This document shows, piece by piece, positions 19,367 through 29,537 of a DNA stretch of 64,000 bases (its first letter is position 1; each line of letters begins with the position of its first letter). Both the position numbers and the translations under genes were made by a program. Source of the stretch: Escherichia phage vB_EcoM-Pr121LW. The stretch is from sequence record MH752840.1; one strand, given 5' to 3'. Under the pieces are notes generated by a model. It was given only the letters and a program-made list of their open reading frames with translations, ran no database searches and was not told the origin of the DNA.

Positions 19367-19641
19367 TTTTTCTCTCCAAAACCATTCTTAACAAAAGAGA
19401 TGAAATCGTCGGCACCACCTACATGGACACTATCAAGATCGCTTTCTAAGAAGATCTGCGGTAACGTTCTTGGGACGATTGGACTACACTTCTCAATAAG
19501 CTCTTCTTTTGTGTATCCCTCTCCAAGTGTCTTATATACAAAAGGCAGACCTTTACTGACTGCAAATTCTTTTGCTCTTACACAATGTGGGCAGTTATCT
19601 TTACCGTAAATAATAAAGAAAAAAGATTTTTCACAGCTCAT
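19363..19641 (-). CDS. glutaredoxin/NrdH-like redoxin
   Basis: CPHC active-site motif in a ~90-aa protein between nrdB and nrdD. Confidence 0.7.
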   Translation of the reverse strand: MSCEKSFFFIIYGKDNCPHCVRAKEFAVSKGLPFVYKTLGEGYTKEELIEKCSPIVPRTLPQIFLESDLDSVHVGGADDFISFVKNGFGEKK

Positions 19642-19644
19642 ATA

Positions 19645-20733
19645 TTAAAACTCCCAAATTTCTTCTTCAGCGTCGTTAACAGTTGTGTTGACTCGGTAGT
19701 CGGTGTTCGACATTTCCTGGTTAGCCGTCTGTTGCAATGAAGGTTTCATCCACACCTGCATAAACGGTAGCGGGTCCTTTGTTGGCGGCACAAAATCTTT
19801 GTCGATGTCGTAGTAATCATAAATCGGTGAGCAGTTATAGTCAACCCATTCTTTAAGCAACGGTGAGTTAAGACCTATAATCGCTCTTCCTTCGCTGAAA
19901 ATATAGTCACTCCAACCGTACTCCTTGGTTCGTACTTCATCAAGAATCTCTTTTAACTCTCCCTTTATCTCAAGGAAGCTTTTCTCCCATGCTGGATCAT
20001 TAAGCAGGATATCAATGATGGCAAAATCACCTTTCGAATGCAGCATTTCGTCAAGCATGATTTTTTGAACAAGCTGCGCCACCTGAACAAAAATACCCTG
20101 TTCAGCTACTGCGAAAGTGCATGCAAAACTTGCAATAAACTCAATACTTTCTAGAGCTAAAAGTGCAAAAAGCGCTCTAAGAATGCATTTCCGCACAGTA
20201 TCTTCTTCAACACTAGAAGGATCCAGTCGATATTTTGCACCAATAATCTCAAGCTCTTGCATGTATTTGACAATAACTCCAGATCTGCTCAGTACGTTCT
20301 GGTTTTCCTGAATCTCTTCTATAATCTCCCGAGCATTAGGAAGGCATTGTCTAACAATCTCTGAGTAGGTTAGTGCGTGAAGAACTTCAATCTCTGACTG
20401 TTTCATCAATAGAGTGAAAAGCTCACTATTAGTGATGAATGGTGAAAAGAGGCAGATGATCGATCTTGCCGCAACGCTATCAGCCTCCCATTGCCACATC
20501 AAGGTCTGCACCATCACGTCATAAGTTGACTTGGAGCATGTTACAAAATCTGAAATAGATTGCGACAAATCCACTTCATCCTCTGCCCAGTCTTGTTCTT
20601 TTTGTTTTTTGTACAGTTCGAACAGTTGTGGATATTTTTTGTTAATAGAGTCGTACATACCCATTTGCTGTCCTAAAAACAGCGGATAGTCACCAGTTTT
20701 ATGAGCAGTGTTCTCAGCATTAAATACAGCCAT
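19645..20733 (-). CDS. nrdB: ribonucleotide reductase class I beta subunit
   Basis: 362 aa, immediately downstream of nrdA; composition and length typical of R2 subunit. Confidence 0.8.
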   Translation of the reverse strand: MAVFNAENTAHKTGDYPLFLGQQMGMYDSINKKYPQLFELYKKQKEQDWAEDEVDLSQSISDFVTCSKSTYDVMVQTLMWQWEADSVAARSIICLFSPFITNSELFTLLMKQSEIEVLHALTYSEIVRQCLPNAREIIEEIQENQNVLSRSGVIVKYMQELEIIGAKYRLDPSSVEEDTVRKCILRALFALLALESIEFIASFACTFAVAEQGIFVQVAQLVQKIMLDEMLHSKGDFAIIDILLNDPAWEKSFLEIKGELKEILDEVRTKEYGWSDYIFSEGRAIIGLNSPLLKEWVDYNCSPIYDYYDIDKDFVPPTKDPLPFMQVWMKPSLQQTANQEMSNTDYRVNTTVNDAEEEIWEF

Positions 20734-20744
20734 TATTCTACCTC

Positions 20745-20766
20745 TAAGACAGGGGCCGAAGCCCCT
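20745..20766 (-). other. nrdA-nrdB intergenic hairpin without U-tract
   Basis: AGGGGC-CGAA-GCCCCT stem-loop; on the minus strand it is followed by GTCTTAG, not a U-run. Confidence 0.35.
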
Positions 20767-20772
20767 TTAAAA

Positions 20773-23088
20773 TTACAGTGCACAGCTTTCGCAATACGGA
20801 TCTTCAACTGAACTATCTGCAATCAAAGGATAGTTCTTTCTGGTTTCATCTTCAGCCTGTTTCTTGGCATGAAGTTCCTCTGCCAAGGAGTCACCAGCAC
20901 CAACCCTGGAGTTTAAATAATACCATGTCTTCATCCCGAATTTAGTGGCACGGATAAGGTACCCTAGCTGCTCCTTCATTGAAATTTTACCATCTTTCAA
21001 CTTGGTGTAGTCTATGTATAAATCCGCGCTGATTGCCTGGCCTGTGAATTTTTGAATCACAGCATACATATCGATCATGTCGTTAGTATCAACGTCCCAA
21101 GCCGAAGTGTAATACTCTTTCAGCTCATCGTATTCAGGAACGATAAACAGCACCTGCCCTTGTGGCGACTTTTTAAAGATAATGTGCTCACGGACAGGAT
21201 AAACCCCGTTAGTGGTGTTTGTTGCCAGCGAAGAGCTTTCATTAGGCATATATGCTTCAAGAACGCTATTACGTAGCCCACCATTTTCAATGATTTCTTT
21301 ACGTAACCCTTCCCAATCCTGTTTAAGAGAAGGATCTTTCACCACGCTATCGACCTCTTTGTTATAGGTGTCGATTGGTAACCAACCTTCTGGATATTTT
21401 GTTTTATGCATCCACTCGCAGACACCACGCTCTTTTGCCAACCGTAAACTTGCCTTATGCAAGCTGTAGCTGTGAAGTTCTGCAAGATCGTGAACGAGCT
21501 GTTTACTTTCAGGAGATCCGTAAGTAACCTTGTGGCTGGCAATAAAATGTGCAACATTGGTAAGGCCAACCCCGATGGATCTGCGTTTTTTAACTGTGCT
21601 TTCCATATTTTCATACGGATATGTCATGATTTCCATAACATTGTCAATCATAAGCACCGTGTAGTATGCAACATCCTCATACTCCTCTGGAGTAACCCTT
21701 CCAGCTACAAGGGATGACAGGAAGCACAATGCAACCTCTCCATCATCAGCATCGTACTTGAAGATATTACGCATATCTGAATAGCCTTTTGTCGGGAGGG
21801 CTATTTCTGCACACAGGTTACTTGAATAGATCACATCTTTAAAAGGTGTATGTCTATTCATCTCATCTGTCCAGTATACATACAGCCTACCCACCTCAGT
21901 ACGCTGCGTGATCAGTTCAACAGCAAGATCTCTGGCTCGGATCCATGTTTTAGGAATACTGTCATCTTTAGCAATACGATCAACCTCTGCATCAAACTCC
22001 TCCATAGACATGGTGAAGATACCCTCATGCAGTTGAGGAGCGTGCTTATAAGAAACAAGAATCCAATCTAAATTCTTAGCCACACGGTTGATAAACGACC
22101 TATTAATACCGATGGAATAGTCCATGGTGTTGATTCTTTTTGAAGCAACAGTCATAGGGTTTCTCAAACGGATTAGCTCATCAATCTGCGGGTCCAGTGC
22201 AAGGAATGATACTGTTGCAGAACCGCCACGTGATTGTTGTCTGTTCTCCTTAACACCAGCATCAATACCTCGATAATACGGAATCTTACCCATATGTTTA
22301 ATAGTGTTACCACGAACACCATCGCCTGCAGATCTTGAGGATAAGTAGTAGCCGATGCCTGCTTGGTTAACCGTCATCGTGTACGCAACTTCACGTGCCA
22401 CACCAATAGATTTTGCTGTATCGTCAGCTTTTATTACACAACAAGATGCATACCCTGTCTTACCTGTGCGCAGCCCGTTTAAGTACGGTGTCGGAGCATT
22501 GATCTTTAAGTCGGACAGATAATTGTATAGTTTTACAACATCGTCGATACGACGTTCTTTCGGCATATTCTTCATGACAGCCATTGCTATCCCCATAAAC
22601 ATCATCTGGGGAGATTCAAACAGGGTGTCTTTAAGAGTATCCTTGATCCCGTATTTGTCGCGAAACTGTTTAAGGACTGCATAGCCGTAACCGAGATCTT
22701 TACTGTGGTCAATAACAGCGCCTAAAGTATTTAGCTCGGTAAAGCTATAACCCATATCCTCCCAATACCCTTTCTCAACCATGGTATTGTAAAATGATGG
22801 TAATGAAGGGATCTTTGTAAACCCTCCAAAAGCCTCTTTATAAATCTGACCAATAAGAACACGACCAGCCATACGGGAATGTGCTTCGTCTTTACGGCTA
22901 ACACAGGAGTCTATGATAGCTTGGTTAACTTCTTTGGTCGTACATCCATCATACAGTCGTTTGTATGCATCCAGTGCAATGTGTGACCAATTGCCGTTAC
23001 CGTCGTCACCGAAAATAGCTGCCTTATTTAAACGTTCTGGATCGAATGCCACTTCACATCCGTTGCTTTTAATTACCTTGGTGATCAA
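20773..23088 (-). CDS. nrdA: ribonucleotide reductase class I alpha subunit
   Basis: 771 aa; active-site SSNLCAEI motif; N-terminal ATP-cone-like region. Confidence 0.9.
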   Translation of the reverse strand: MITKVIKSNGCEVAFDPERLNKAAIFGDDGNGNWSHIALDAYKRLYDGCTTKEVNQAIIDSCVSRKDEAHSRMAGRVLIGQIYKEAFGGFTKIPSLPSFYNTMVEKGYWEDMGYSFTELNTLGAVIDHSKDLGYGYAVLKQFRDKYGIKDTLKDTLFESPQMMFMGIAMAVMKNMPKERRIDDVVKLYNYLSDLKINAPTPYLNGLRTGKTGYASCCVIKADDTAKSIGVAREVAYTMTVNQAGIGYYLSSRSAGDGVRGNTIKHMGKIPYYRGIDAGVKENRQQSRGGSATVSFLALDPQIDELIRLRNPMTVASKRINTMDYSIGINRSFINRVAKNLDWILVSYKHAPQLHEGIFTMSMEEFDAEVDRIAKDDSIPKTWIRARDLAVELITQRTEVGRLYVYWTDEMNRHTPFKDVIYSSNLCAEIALPTKGYSDMRNIFKYDADDGEVALCFLSSLVAGRVTPEEYEDVAYYTVLMIDNVMEIMTYPYENMESTVKKRRSIGVGLTNVAHFIASHKVTYGSPESKQLVHDLAELHSYSLHKASLRLAKERGVCEWMHKTKYPEGWLPIDTYNKEVDSVVKDPSLKQDWEGLRKEIIENGGLRNSVLEAYMPNESSSLATNTTNGVYPVREHIIFKKSPQGQVLFIVPEYDELKEYYTSAWDVDTNDMIDMYAVIQKFTGQAISADLYIDYTKLKDGKISMKEQLGYLIRATKFGMKTWYYLNSRVGAGDSLAEELHAKKQAEDETRKNYPLIADSSVEDPYCESCAL

Positions 23089-23336
23089 TTTGCTTCCTCC
23101 ACTTCATTAACGTATTTATCAAGGCAGGTATCAGTATCTTGCTGGATAAAGGTATCCTCTTCTACAGAGATATTTATAATTTTACCTGTATACTCGTCAT
23201 AATAAACATCATCATACATTTTAATATCGTTTGTCAGACCGTTGAACCAAAGCCAACCAACATACTCTGCCCGACTTGCAAAACCAAGATCCTTCCACTT
23301 GGAGCTATGACTCATCTTCACCACCTTAGCTTTCAA
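23085..23336 (-). CDS. hypothetical protein
   Basis: ORF, 4-nt overlap with nrdA. Confidence 0.35.
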   Translation of the reverse strand: MKAKVVKMSHSSKWKDLGFASRAEYVGWLWFNGLTNDIKMYDDVYYDEYTGKIINISVEEDTFIQQDTDTCLDKYVNEVEEAN

Positions 23337-23826
23337 TACCGAATAATTTTTCTAGGCGATGCAGATCTTCAAAATTGAAAGGTTCATCAACAATATGAAT
23401 ATCTTCAGCCTTTTCAGATTGTTTTGTATACTTTCTTACATTAACACGATCTTCTACTGGGATATCATACGGAAGATCTTGAACAAGCATTGCCTCACCA
23501 GGTGCTTTATCTACATCTAAAATATCTACACCGTTATACATTTGTGGGTATCTAAAGTCTGCACGCATGACACCAGCAAATACATCTGCCTTTCGATAAT
23601 GGGTTGGCTTATTTTTGCATCGAACGTTTTTTCCACGGAGAACATCAATATTTTTTAAATCAAAGCCTACGGCGAAGAGTGCAGCTCGGAGACCGTTTCG
23701 TGTGCGAACGTTAAACCCAGGTACTGTAGATAGGAAATCTAAAGTAACTGAAATAAATGTCTTTTTAGGAATCATAACATTACTCATATCTGTCTCCATT
23801 TCTGGCTCACCAACAAAGTGAGCCAT
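23326..23826 (-). CDS. hypothetical protein
   Basis: ORF; no recognisable motif. Confidence 0.35.
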   Translation of the reverse strand: MAHFVGEPEMETDMSNVMIPKKTFISVTLDFLSTVPGFNVRTRNGLRAALFAVGFDLKNIDVLRGKNVRCKNKPTHYRKADVFAGVMRADFRYPQMYNGVDILDVDKAPGEAMLVQDLPYDIPVEDRVNVRKYTKQSEKAEDIHIVDEPFNFEDLHRLEKLFGIES

Positions 23827-23885
23827 TATTATAGATTATCTGATAATATTAGTCAACACAAAAGTTACCTATCGCTGTGATAGGA

Positions 23886-24869
23886 TTAACCTTTCACGAA
23901 GTGGTTATTAAGCAGTTGTCTGTGCTGAACCCACCCACAAAAGTTGGCAGACCAGAATTTACCATCACGGTCTTGATGGGTTACACCTTCCTGCCAAACA
24001 CAGCTGTCTTGTGTGATTTCACATGAAGATAGATAGTAGTTTAAACGTTCCATTGCGTTATCGTGATCCATAGGTGTTGCTTGGTGCTCGTAAGGGCTTG
24101 CATGAATACGATCCCCACCAATCAATTTTTTAGCCACACTGTCTGCCTTTTCAAACGTGCTGTCAATATTTCGATAAGATACTTGTGCACAGCAACTAGC
24201 ACTAATAGACAGAGCTTCTCCAGTATCGAGAATGCAAAGCTTTCCTTCTGTGTCACGTACAGCATAGTTAAACTCGCCGTCCAAATAAACGTGCTCTACA
24301 TATGGTGTGTGCCATTGACCAGGTTTAAGGATTTCAGGAGTGCTATTCATAAGAGCATCCCACATGCAATTAGCCAACATCTGAATAGTAGGGTCCGCAT
24401 CGTGCCAGCAACGGAGATGGAAGAAATTATTCCACTCTGTGCTTGTTACAACTGTTTTCATGCGCTGAAACGGCTCCACTAAGCGGTTACATACTTGCTT
24501 ATGGTAACCCGCAAGGGCGAACTTCTCTGCATGCCAAGCTGCGTTTTTTGCAGCTTCTTTCCAAAACTCTTCAGGAGTTAACTCCATGTCAGTGTACTCT
24601 ACACGGATCTTTTGATCGTGTTCTCCACCATCTTCCATCCCCCGCTTATTTACACCGAAGCGGACGGGCATTGCCGGATTCTCCACAATCTGTTGCAGCA
24701 TCTTGCCGACAGGCACTGCACGGGAAGACATGGCGTTTCGGCTGAACACTCGGTGCGTCATAAGCTCTGAGTGAATAATTCGAGGATACTCCAGCTCAAA
24801 AGTGGTGATACGCTTACCTTTCTCGGAAATGCTGTCAGCAATGATCTTTGCAGTGCACAGTTTTAGCAT
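23886..24869 (-). CDS. thyX: flavin-dependent thymidylate synthase (ThyX)-like
   Basis: THRVFSRNAMSSRA resembles the ThyX RHRxxSxNxxSxR signature; length suits a ThyX homolog. Confidence 0.55.
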   Translation of the reverse strand: MLKLCTAKIIADSISEKGKRITTFELEYPRIIHSELMTHRVFSRNAMSSRAVPVGKMLQQIVENPAMPVRFGVNKRGMEDGGEHDQKIRVEYTDMELTPEEFWKEAAKNAAWHAEKFALAGYHKQVCNRLVEPFQRMKTVVTSTEWNNFFHLRCWHDADPTIQMLANCMWDALMNSTPEILKPGQWHTPYVEHVYLDGEFNYAVRDTEGKLCILDTGEALSISASCCAQVSYRNIDSTFEKADSVAKKLIGGDRIHASPYEHQATPMDHDNAMERLNYYLSSCEITQDSCVWQEGVTHQDRDGKFWSANFCGWVQHRQLLNNHFVKG

Positions 24870-25069
24870 TATTTAGCTCTCCTTGTTTTAATTTTGGAAA
24901 TTTCGTCTGGGCTTATGTTAGCCTTAAATGCAAGGTATCTGTTAAACATATCAGAGCACATGTCTTGGGTGATCCTGGAGGCATACACTAGCTTGCCCCC
25001 CAGATCATATACCTCCAGCCAGTCACCGTATCTGACTACAGGATCGCCACCTTTAGAACATCTGCCCAT
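24869..25069 (-). CDS. hypothetical small protein
   Basis: ORF. Confidence 0.3.
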   Translation of the reverse strand: MGRCSKGGDPVVRYGDWLEVYDLGGKLVYASRITQDMCSDMFNRYLAFKANISPDEISKIKTRRAK

Positions 25070-25070
25070 T

Positions 25071-25664
25071 TCAAATACCTTCTAAAAACTTCCCTATTTT
25101 ATACCAGCTATTAGCGGTATAGTCAACACTGACCTTTAACTCCTCGAATTGCTCATAAGGTGTGTCTTTTAGGATTTTAATAACTTCAGGTCGTGAAGCG
25201 AATTGGTTCAGGTATTCATGCCTGTCGTCAATTATAACATCTACAGCCACATTACCTTTGAAATGTGTGGCGTAGAAGCCGTGACCCTGGGTGTGATCAT
25301 CCAGATCCATAAAATCACTGGTCCAACGCTTTAAGAACCTTGATTTAGATGCCAGGTGACCTTTCTTGCATACCGAGATAAATGCGAGCTTGTGACCGCG
25401 AGCCACCAAATCTTTCATAACCTCAATAGCCCCCTCTTCAGGCTTAAGAAAGTCGTAGAGGAACGGATCACTCCAGAAATCAAAAGGTCCTATGATGTTT
25501 TCTTTGGGGCGATCAGGCCAATACTTTGACAGATCGTAATACATCAGCCCATTAGAAGGTTTAACGACTGTCTTACTGGCTGGACCATACAAACGCTCCA
25601 ACCACTCCCACCATGCTGTTCCTGAATCTACCAGTGTCAAATCTACATCAATTCCGATTAACAT
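25071..25664 (-). CDS. HAD-superfamily hydrolase, likely 5'(3')-deoxyribonucleotidase
   Basis: N-terminal IGIDVDLTL (DxDxT) motif. Confidence 0.5.
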   Translation of the reverse strand: MLIGIDVDLTLVDSGTAWWEWLERLYGPASKTVVKPSNGLMYYDLSKYWPDRPKENIIGPFDFWSDPFLYDFLKPEEGAIEVMKDLVARGHKLAFISVCKKGHLASKSRFLKRWTSDFMDLDDHTQGHGFYATHFKGNVAVDVIIDDRHEYLNQFASRPEVIKILKDTPYEQFEELKVSVDYTANSWYKIGKFLEGI

Positions 25665-26275
25665 TCTTCTTGGGCCTCTTTAGCATCAATATACTTGCAC
25701 ACAATCTCCGATGCACATTCCCAAGGTGCACCTTCAGGATTTACAACATCGAACTCAATCCCTTTTATTCCGTTATTTTCCAGACTTAGATAGGTTCTGG
25801 AATCATTTCCCCAGTCATATCCGACACGGTGAATACGGAACAACAACAGATCTCCACCTGTGCTGTATGCGTACTCACTAAGGCATGCCAGCTCCTCTTT
25901 GAATCCACCATCGGAGTAAACAACAACCCCTTTACCTTTAGGGAAATCTTTCTTCAAGGATGTGACTGCGGCCTTACCGAAAGCATCTTCACCAAAGATA
26001 GGTTTAATCAGATTTTCACTACAATGGATCATCCACTCTCGCGGAGAAACATGCTTGCCGTCTATCATTAAGAAAGGGCAAGGATCTTCTTTGTAGTGGC
26101 GGTCATAAAGTGCATTCCAGAGTTGAGGAGTTACACCAGCTGCCTTAATTGCCACACTGAAGAGCATCTCCTTAACCTCACGGTGGTGTGAGTTAGGAAT
26201 AGCTTCCAACAAGAGATCTGCAATGTGATCCTTACCACTGCTGGGTGGGGCGTTAAGAACAATAATATCCATCAA
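25658..26275 (-). CDS. P-loop nucleotide kinase, dNMP kinase-like
   Basis: N-terminal IVLNAPPSSGKDHIADLL resembles the phage dNMP kinase P-loop. Confidence 0.45.
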   Translation of the reverse strand: MMDIIVLNAPPSSGKDHIADLLLEAIPNSHHREVKEMLFSVAIKAAGVTPQLWNALYDRHYKEDPCPFLMIDGKHVSPREWMIHCSENLIKPIFGEDAFGKAAVTSLKKDFPKGKGVVVYSDGGFKEELACLSEYAYSTGGDLLLFRIHRVGYDWGNDSRTYLSLENNGIKGIEFDVVNPEGAPWECASEIVCKYIDAKEAQEEC

Positions 26276-26475
26276 AAACCTCCGTGGTATTCTTCAACTG
26301 CATCAATAATACTTTTACACTTATCTACTAGCTCGTTAGCCACTACAGCATCGTCTTCCCAAACAGCTTCCTCAATCTGATCAAGCAATGATCGCATCTT
26401 ACCCATCATTTCTGGGATAAAGTTTTCTGAAAAGCTGTCTGGAATTGTTAACTTTAGTGTCATTGTAGTCTCCAA
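26272..26475 (-). CDS. hypothetical small acidic protein
   Basis: ORF. Confidence 0.3.
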   Translation of the reverse strand: METTMTLKLTIPDSFSENFIPEMMGKMRSLLDQIEEAVWEDDAVVANELVDKCKSIIDAVEEYHGGF

Positions 26476-26490
26476 TCATACTATGCGTTA

Positions 26491-26949
26491 TTAGAAGTTT
26501 GTTTTTACACGTCCCTTTTCATCAACTTCGTTGTTAGCTAAAAGCGTTACAAAGTCTGTGAAACGGACATGAAGAACTCTTTTCTTATCAAGGTATCCTA
26601 AAGCCACCCCTGAGAAATTTAGCATCAAAGGGGCTAAAGAAGCTCTAGCGCTGAAATGCTGTTGCTCTACCCTTCCAACACCCTTAGTATAGGATGGGTT
26701 GAGATTGTAAGTTCTGAATCCAAGTTTTGTTGGGGCTTTAGAATTAAAAACAACTTTGTAGCGTTTCTTACTCAACTTATGCTCCAGGATAAGCATTCCC
26801 TTATCACCTTTGATAAGTTGAAAATCTGTAAAGTGCTCTTTTAAGACGAAAGGTAGTGCCAGTCCCATCGCCTGGCCTCTTTGTACCGCTGTCTCACCAA
26901 AAGCTTTTGCATCAGTAAGTTCTTTTGTCAAGTCTATGCTTTTGATCAT
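26491..26949 (-). CDS. hypothetical protein
   Basis: ORF. Confidence 0.35.
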   Translation of the reverse strand: MIKSIDLTKELTDAKAFGETAVQRGQAMGLALPFVLKEHFTDFQLIKGDKGMLILEHKLSKKRYKVVFNSKAPTKLGFRTYNLNPSYTKGVGRVEQQHFSARASLAPLMLNFSGVALGYLDKKRVLHVRFTDFVTLLANNEVDEKGRVKTNF

Positions 26950-27730
26950 ACCAGGTCTCCAAAATGTATTGTAGTTCTTTCTTGCCTATACTCTTCATTC
27001 CAGCAGTCTTACCTGCTTCTTCTTGAAAAGAAGAATAGCATTCAGCAAACACTCTGTCAACACCGTCAACTAAAGATTTTATGAAATACGTAGATTCTTC
27101 AGATTTTGGATCATCATCACCCAATACTTTTCCAGCGTTATACCCAACACGTCTTACACAGAAGTCGTAGTCATCCGGTGTGCTAAAAGAAAATAACTTA
27201 TTCTCTCCAATCTCTACAGGATCCCTATTGCACGCCTTTTTCTCCCAAATTTGGAAAACACATGGCACGTCGTAAGGTTTGCCATTAAGTAAAAACGAGT
27301 TCTTAGGGCACCTTTCGCTGTAGACAAGGTGCATAGACATGTCCAGTTTGTTTGCAAAAAATATTTTTTCAAATGTCCGTGGCAAGATGAAGGCTATAGC
27401 CCCGCCAAGCTCTAGCAATGATGCACAATGGTTAAAGAATTTGCAAGCTAAAGATGAATTCTTGCCAAATGGTGGGTTACCTATGAAGACATCTGCCTTA
27501 GGATGCACCTCCAAGAAGTTTGCCTGAATGCACTGTGTTGGTCCTTCAAATTCAGGATCTGGTACTAGATCGTACGACAGTATCTCTGAAAATAGTTTTG
27601 AAAAAGAACCCCTTCCAGCAGAAGGCTCAACGTATGCACAATTCCCATACTTGTCTTTTACTTTACCAACAAGATATTCTGCATACTTAGGGTTTGTGTA
27701 ATATTTGTCGTTGGACTCTTTCTTGCTCAA
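26912..27730 (-). CDS. DNA N6-adenine methyltransferase (probable TTG start; track ORF to 27760)
   Basis: EPSAGRGSF (SAM-binding motif I) and IGNPPF (motif IV); GGAGG 4 nt before TTG. Confidence 0.6.
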   Translation of the reverse strand: MSKKESNDKYYTNPKYAEYLVGKVKDKYGNCAYVEPSAGRGSFSKLFSEILSYDLVPDPEFEGPTQCIQANFLEVHPKADVFIGNPPFGKNSSLACKFFNHCASLLELGGAIAFILPRTFEKIFFANKLDMSMHLVYSERCPKNSFLLNGKPYDVPCVFQIWEKKACNRDPVEIGENKLFSFSTPDDYDFCVRRVGYNAGKVLGDDDPKSEESTYFIKSLVDGVDRVFAECYSSFQEEAGKTAGMKSIGKKELQYILETWYDQKHRLDKRTY

Positions 27731-27739
27731 AGTGCCTCC

Positions 27740-27767
27740 AAAAGGAAAAGGGAGGCGCAAGCCTCCC
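27740..27767 (-). terminator. rho-independent terminator (minus strand)
   Basis: GGGAGGC-GCAA-GCCTCCC hairpin followed on minus strand by TTTTCCTTTT. Confidence 0.5.
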
Positions 27768-27775
27768 TATAATTG

Positions 27776-28759
27776 TTAGATTATCTGAATCAGGGTGTTT
27801 TTCATTTCTTCTCTGGTACGGATGTTGTTACGGTCACGAACAACAGATCCACAACCTTCACAGCGGTATGTTTTAAATGCACTCAGCTGAGTATATGCCA
27901 AAGCTTCTTCCTCGTGAAAGTGTTCTCCACCACAGCGTGGGCAACGAACCTTTGGCTCCTCGTCTTGGTAGTACAATGACATGTTTGGGTGCTGCTTAGC
28001 AAACGGGCGAGCCAGCAAATACAGTCCTTCCAGAGACAGGATATCACCAACATTATACTCTCGCATCTGTTTAAATGCCTCAAGATCGCCATGGACACAC
28101 TTGATCCACATTTCAAATGTGTGATCAATCAGTTTCTGTCGGGCCAGTTGGAAGTATTTGCATGCATACTCCAAAGTGTTTGCATTCAAACGGAATGCCT
28201 TCTTGATCATTTTAAGGGTGTCGACCTCTTTGTAAGGGCTTGTTGGGGGCAACCCGTGAAATGCAAATCGTTGGTTGGCCCACCCGCAGTCAAAACCTGA
28301 ATTGTGGGCTACTGCGACATCGCATTTATCCAGATAATACCACAAATCCTGAATCAATTCGAGATCATTGTGAATATCTTCATCCCACATTTTGTAATCT
28401 GGAAGAGCGCAGTCAACCACACTAGGGCTGTCTAACCACTTACCTGCGAAAGTTAGCATATAGGGCATAACTTCAATACCGCAGGTTTGAATGTTGGTCT
28501 TATAGTGCCCAAAGAACCAGCCGTTTGTTGGGGATGTCTCTGTATCATACACCCAAACTTTAGCACCTTTGTGCTCTTCAAGGAAGCGCTCCGTTGCTTC
28601 TCCTACAATCTCTGACATATTATCTTGTGCACGTTTAAGCTGTAGTCGGATCCAGCTCTCACGTGACTCACGGCCTAAAAATTCACGAGCAATTTGTCTA
28701 TTAGTGTATCCCTGTTGCTTTAGTGTTAAAATTTGCTCAAGAGTTAACTTTGTCATCAT
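27776..28759 (-). CDS. DnaQ-like 3'-5' exonuclease with N-terminal HTH and C-terminal zinc ribbon
   Basis: VYDTETS (Exo I), AHNSGFDCGW (Exo II), C-terminal CPRCGG...CEGCG. Confidence 0.55.
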   Translation of the reverse strand: MMTKLTLEQILTLKQQGYTNRQIAREFLGRESRESWIRLQLKRAQDNMSEIVGEATERFLEEHKGAKVWVYDTETSPTNGWFFGHYKTNIQTCGIEVMPYMLTFAGKWLDSPSVVDCALPDYKMWDEDIHNDLELIQDLWYYLDKCDVAVAHNSGFDCGWANQRFAFHGLPPTSPYKEVDTLKMIKKAFRLNANTLEYACKYFQLARQKLIDHTFEMWIKCVHGDLEAFKQMREYNVGDILSLEGLYLLARPFAKQHPNMSLYYQDEEPKVRCPRCGGEHFHEEEALAYTQLSAFKTYRCEGCGSVVRDRNNIRTREEMKNTLIQII

Positions 28760-28771
28760 CGTTAAGATTCC

Positions 28772-28993
28772 TTAGTAAAACTGAAGAATGTCTTTTAAAG
28801 CGAAGTCACGATATTCGCCCTTGTCTACATCGAAGGCACGCATCAACCACTGCTCTTCTTTATGATACTCTGTAGAGCCAAACCATAAATTAGGCTCAGT
28901 AACGCAGCGATCTGCAACAACACCTTTCCAGTTACGGTATTTCATCCTGATCAGGACTGAGTCGCAAGGATTGAATACCTTTTTCATCCCCAT
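28772..28993 (-). CDS. hypothetical small protein
   Basis: ORF. Confidence 0.3.
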   Translation of the reverse strand: MGMKKVFNPCDSVLIRMKYRNWKGVVADRCVTEPNLWFGSTEYHKEEQWLMRAFDVDKGEYRDFALKDILQFY

Positions 28994-29537
28994 AGAAATC
29001 TCTCTCCTCAGTTTTCTTTATAAACTCCTGCATGTAGAACTCAATAGCCTCATGCTTGGTGCACTCCGGATTAATGACAAGATTGAGATCTGATTCTGCT
29101 CGTGCAATAATCGTAGCTTTAGAGCATCTCCTCAAGAACTTTGTCATATCATCTCTGTAGTTTTTGTGGAGTGGGAAGTCGCTGTAGTCTTTCTCCAAAT
29201 AGTCAGCCATCCGGCGCAACGCCTCTGATAAACTGCAATCTGTATACTCGTTACAGTATTTCATCCAGTATTTAAGCACATACCCCTCAAAGGTATTAGT
29301 GCATTGAGACAAAACACCCCTGCAACGACCAGTCAGATGATCATGATCTAAACAAGGCTTACGAAGTGGCTCGCACAAGATCGGATCAAGACCATCCTGC
29401 TCCTCTGACAATTCTTTTCGAAAGTTGGCTATGTCCTTAGAATCTTTTAACCACCCGTTATGAACTGGGGCTTTGACAGCTTTCTTTCTTATTTTACGCT
29501 TTGCGATAATCCCTCCAGATGAGCCCTGCCTATCCAA
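28932..29537 (-). CDS. recombination endonuclease VII-like
   Basis: CEPLRKPCLDHDHLTGRCRGVLSQCTN matches the Endo VII zinc/active-site signature. Confidence 0.7.
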   Translation of the reverse strand: MDRQGSSGGIIAKRKIRKKAVKAPVHNGWLKDSKDIANFRKELSEEQDGLDPILCEPLRKPCLDHDHLTGRCRGVLSQCTNTFEGYVLKYWMKYCNEYTDCSLSEALRRMADYLEKDYSDFPLHKNYRDDMTKFLRRCSKATIIARAESDLNLVINPECTKHEAIEFYMQEFIKKTEERDFYGDEKGIQSLRLSPDQDEIP

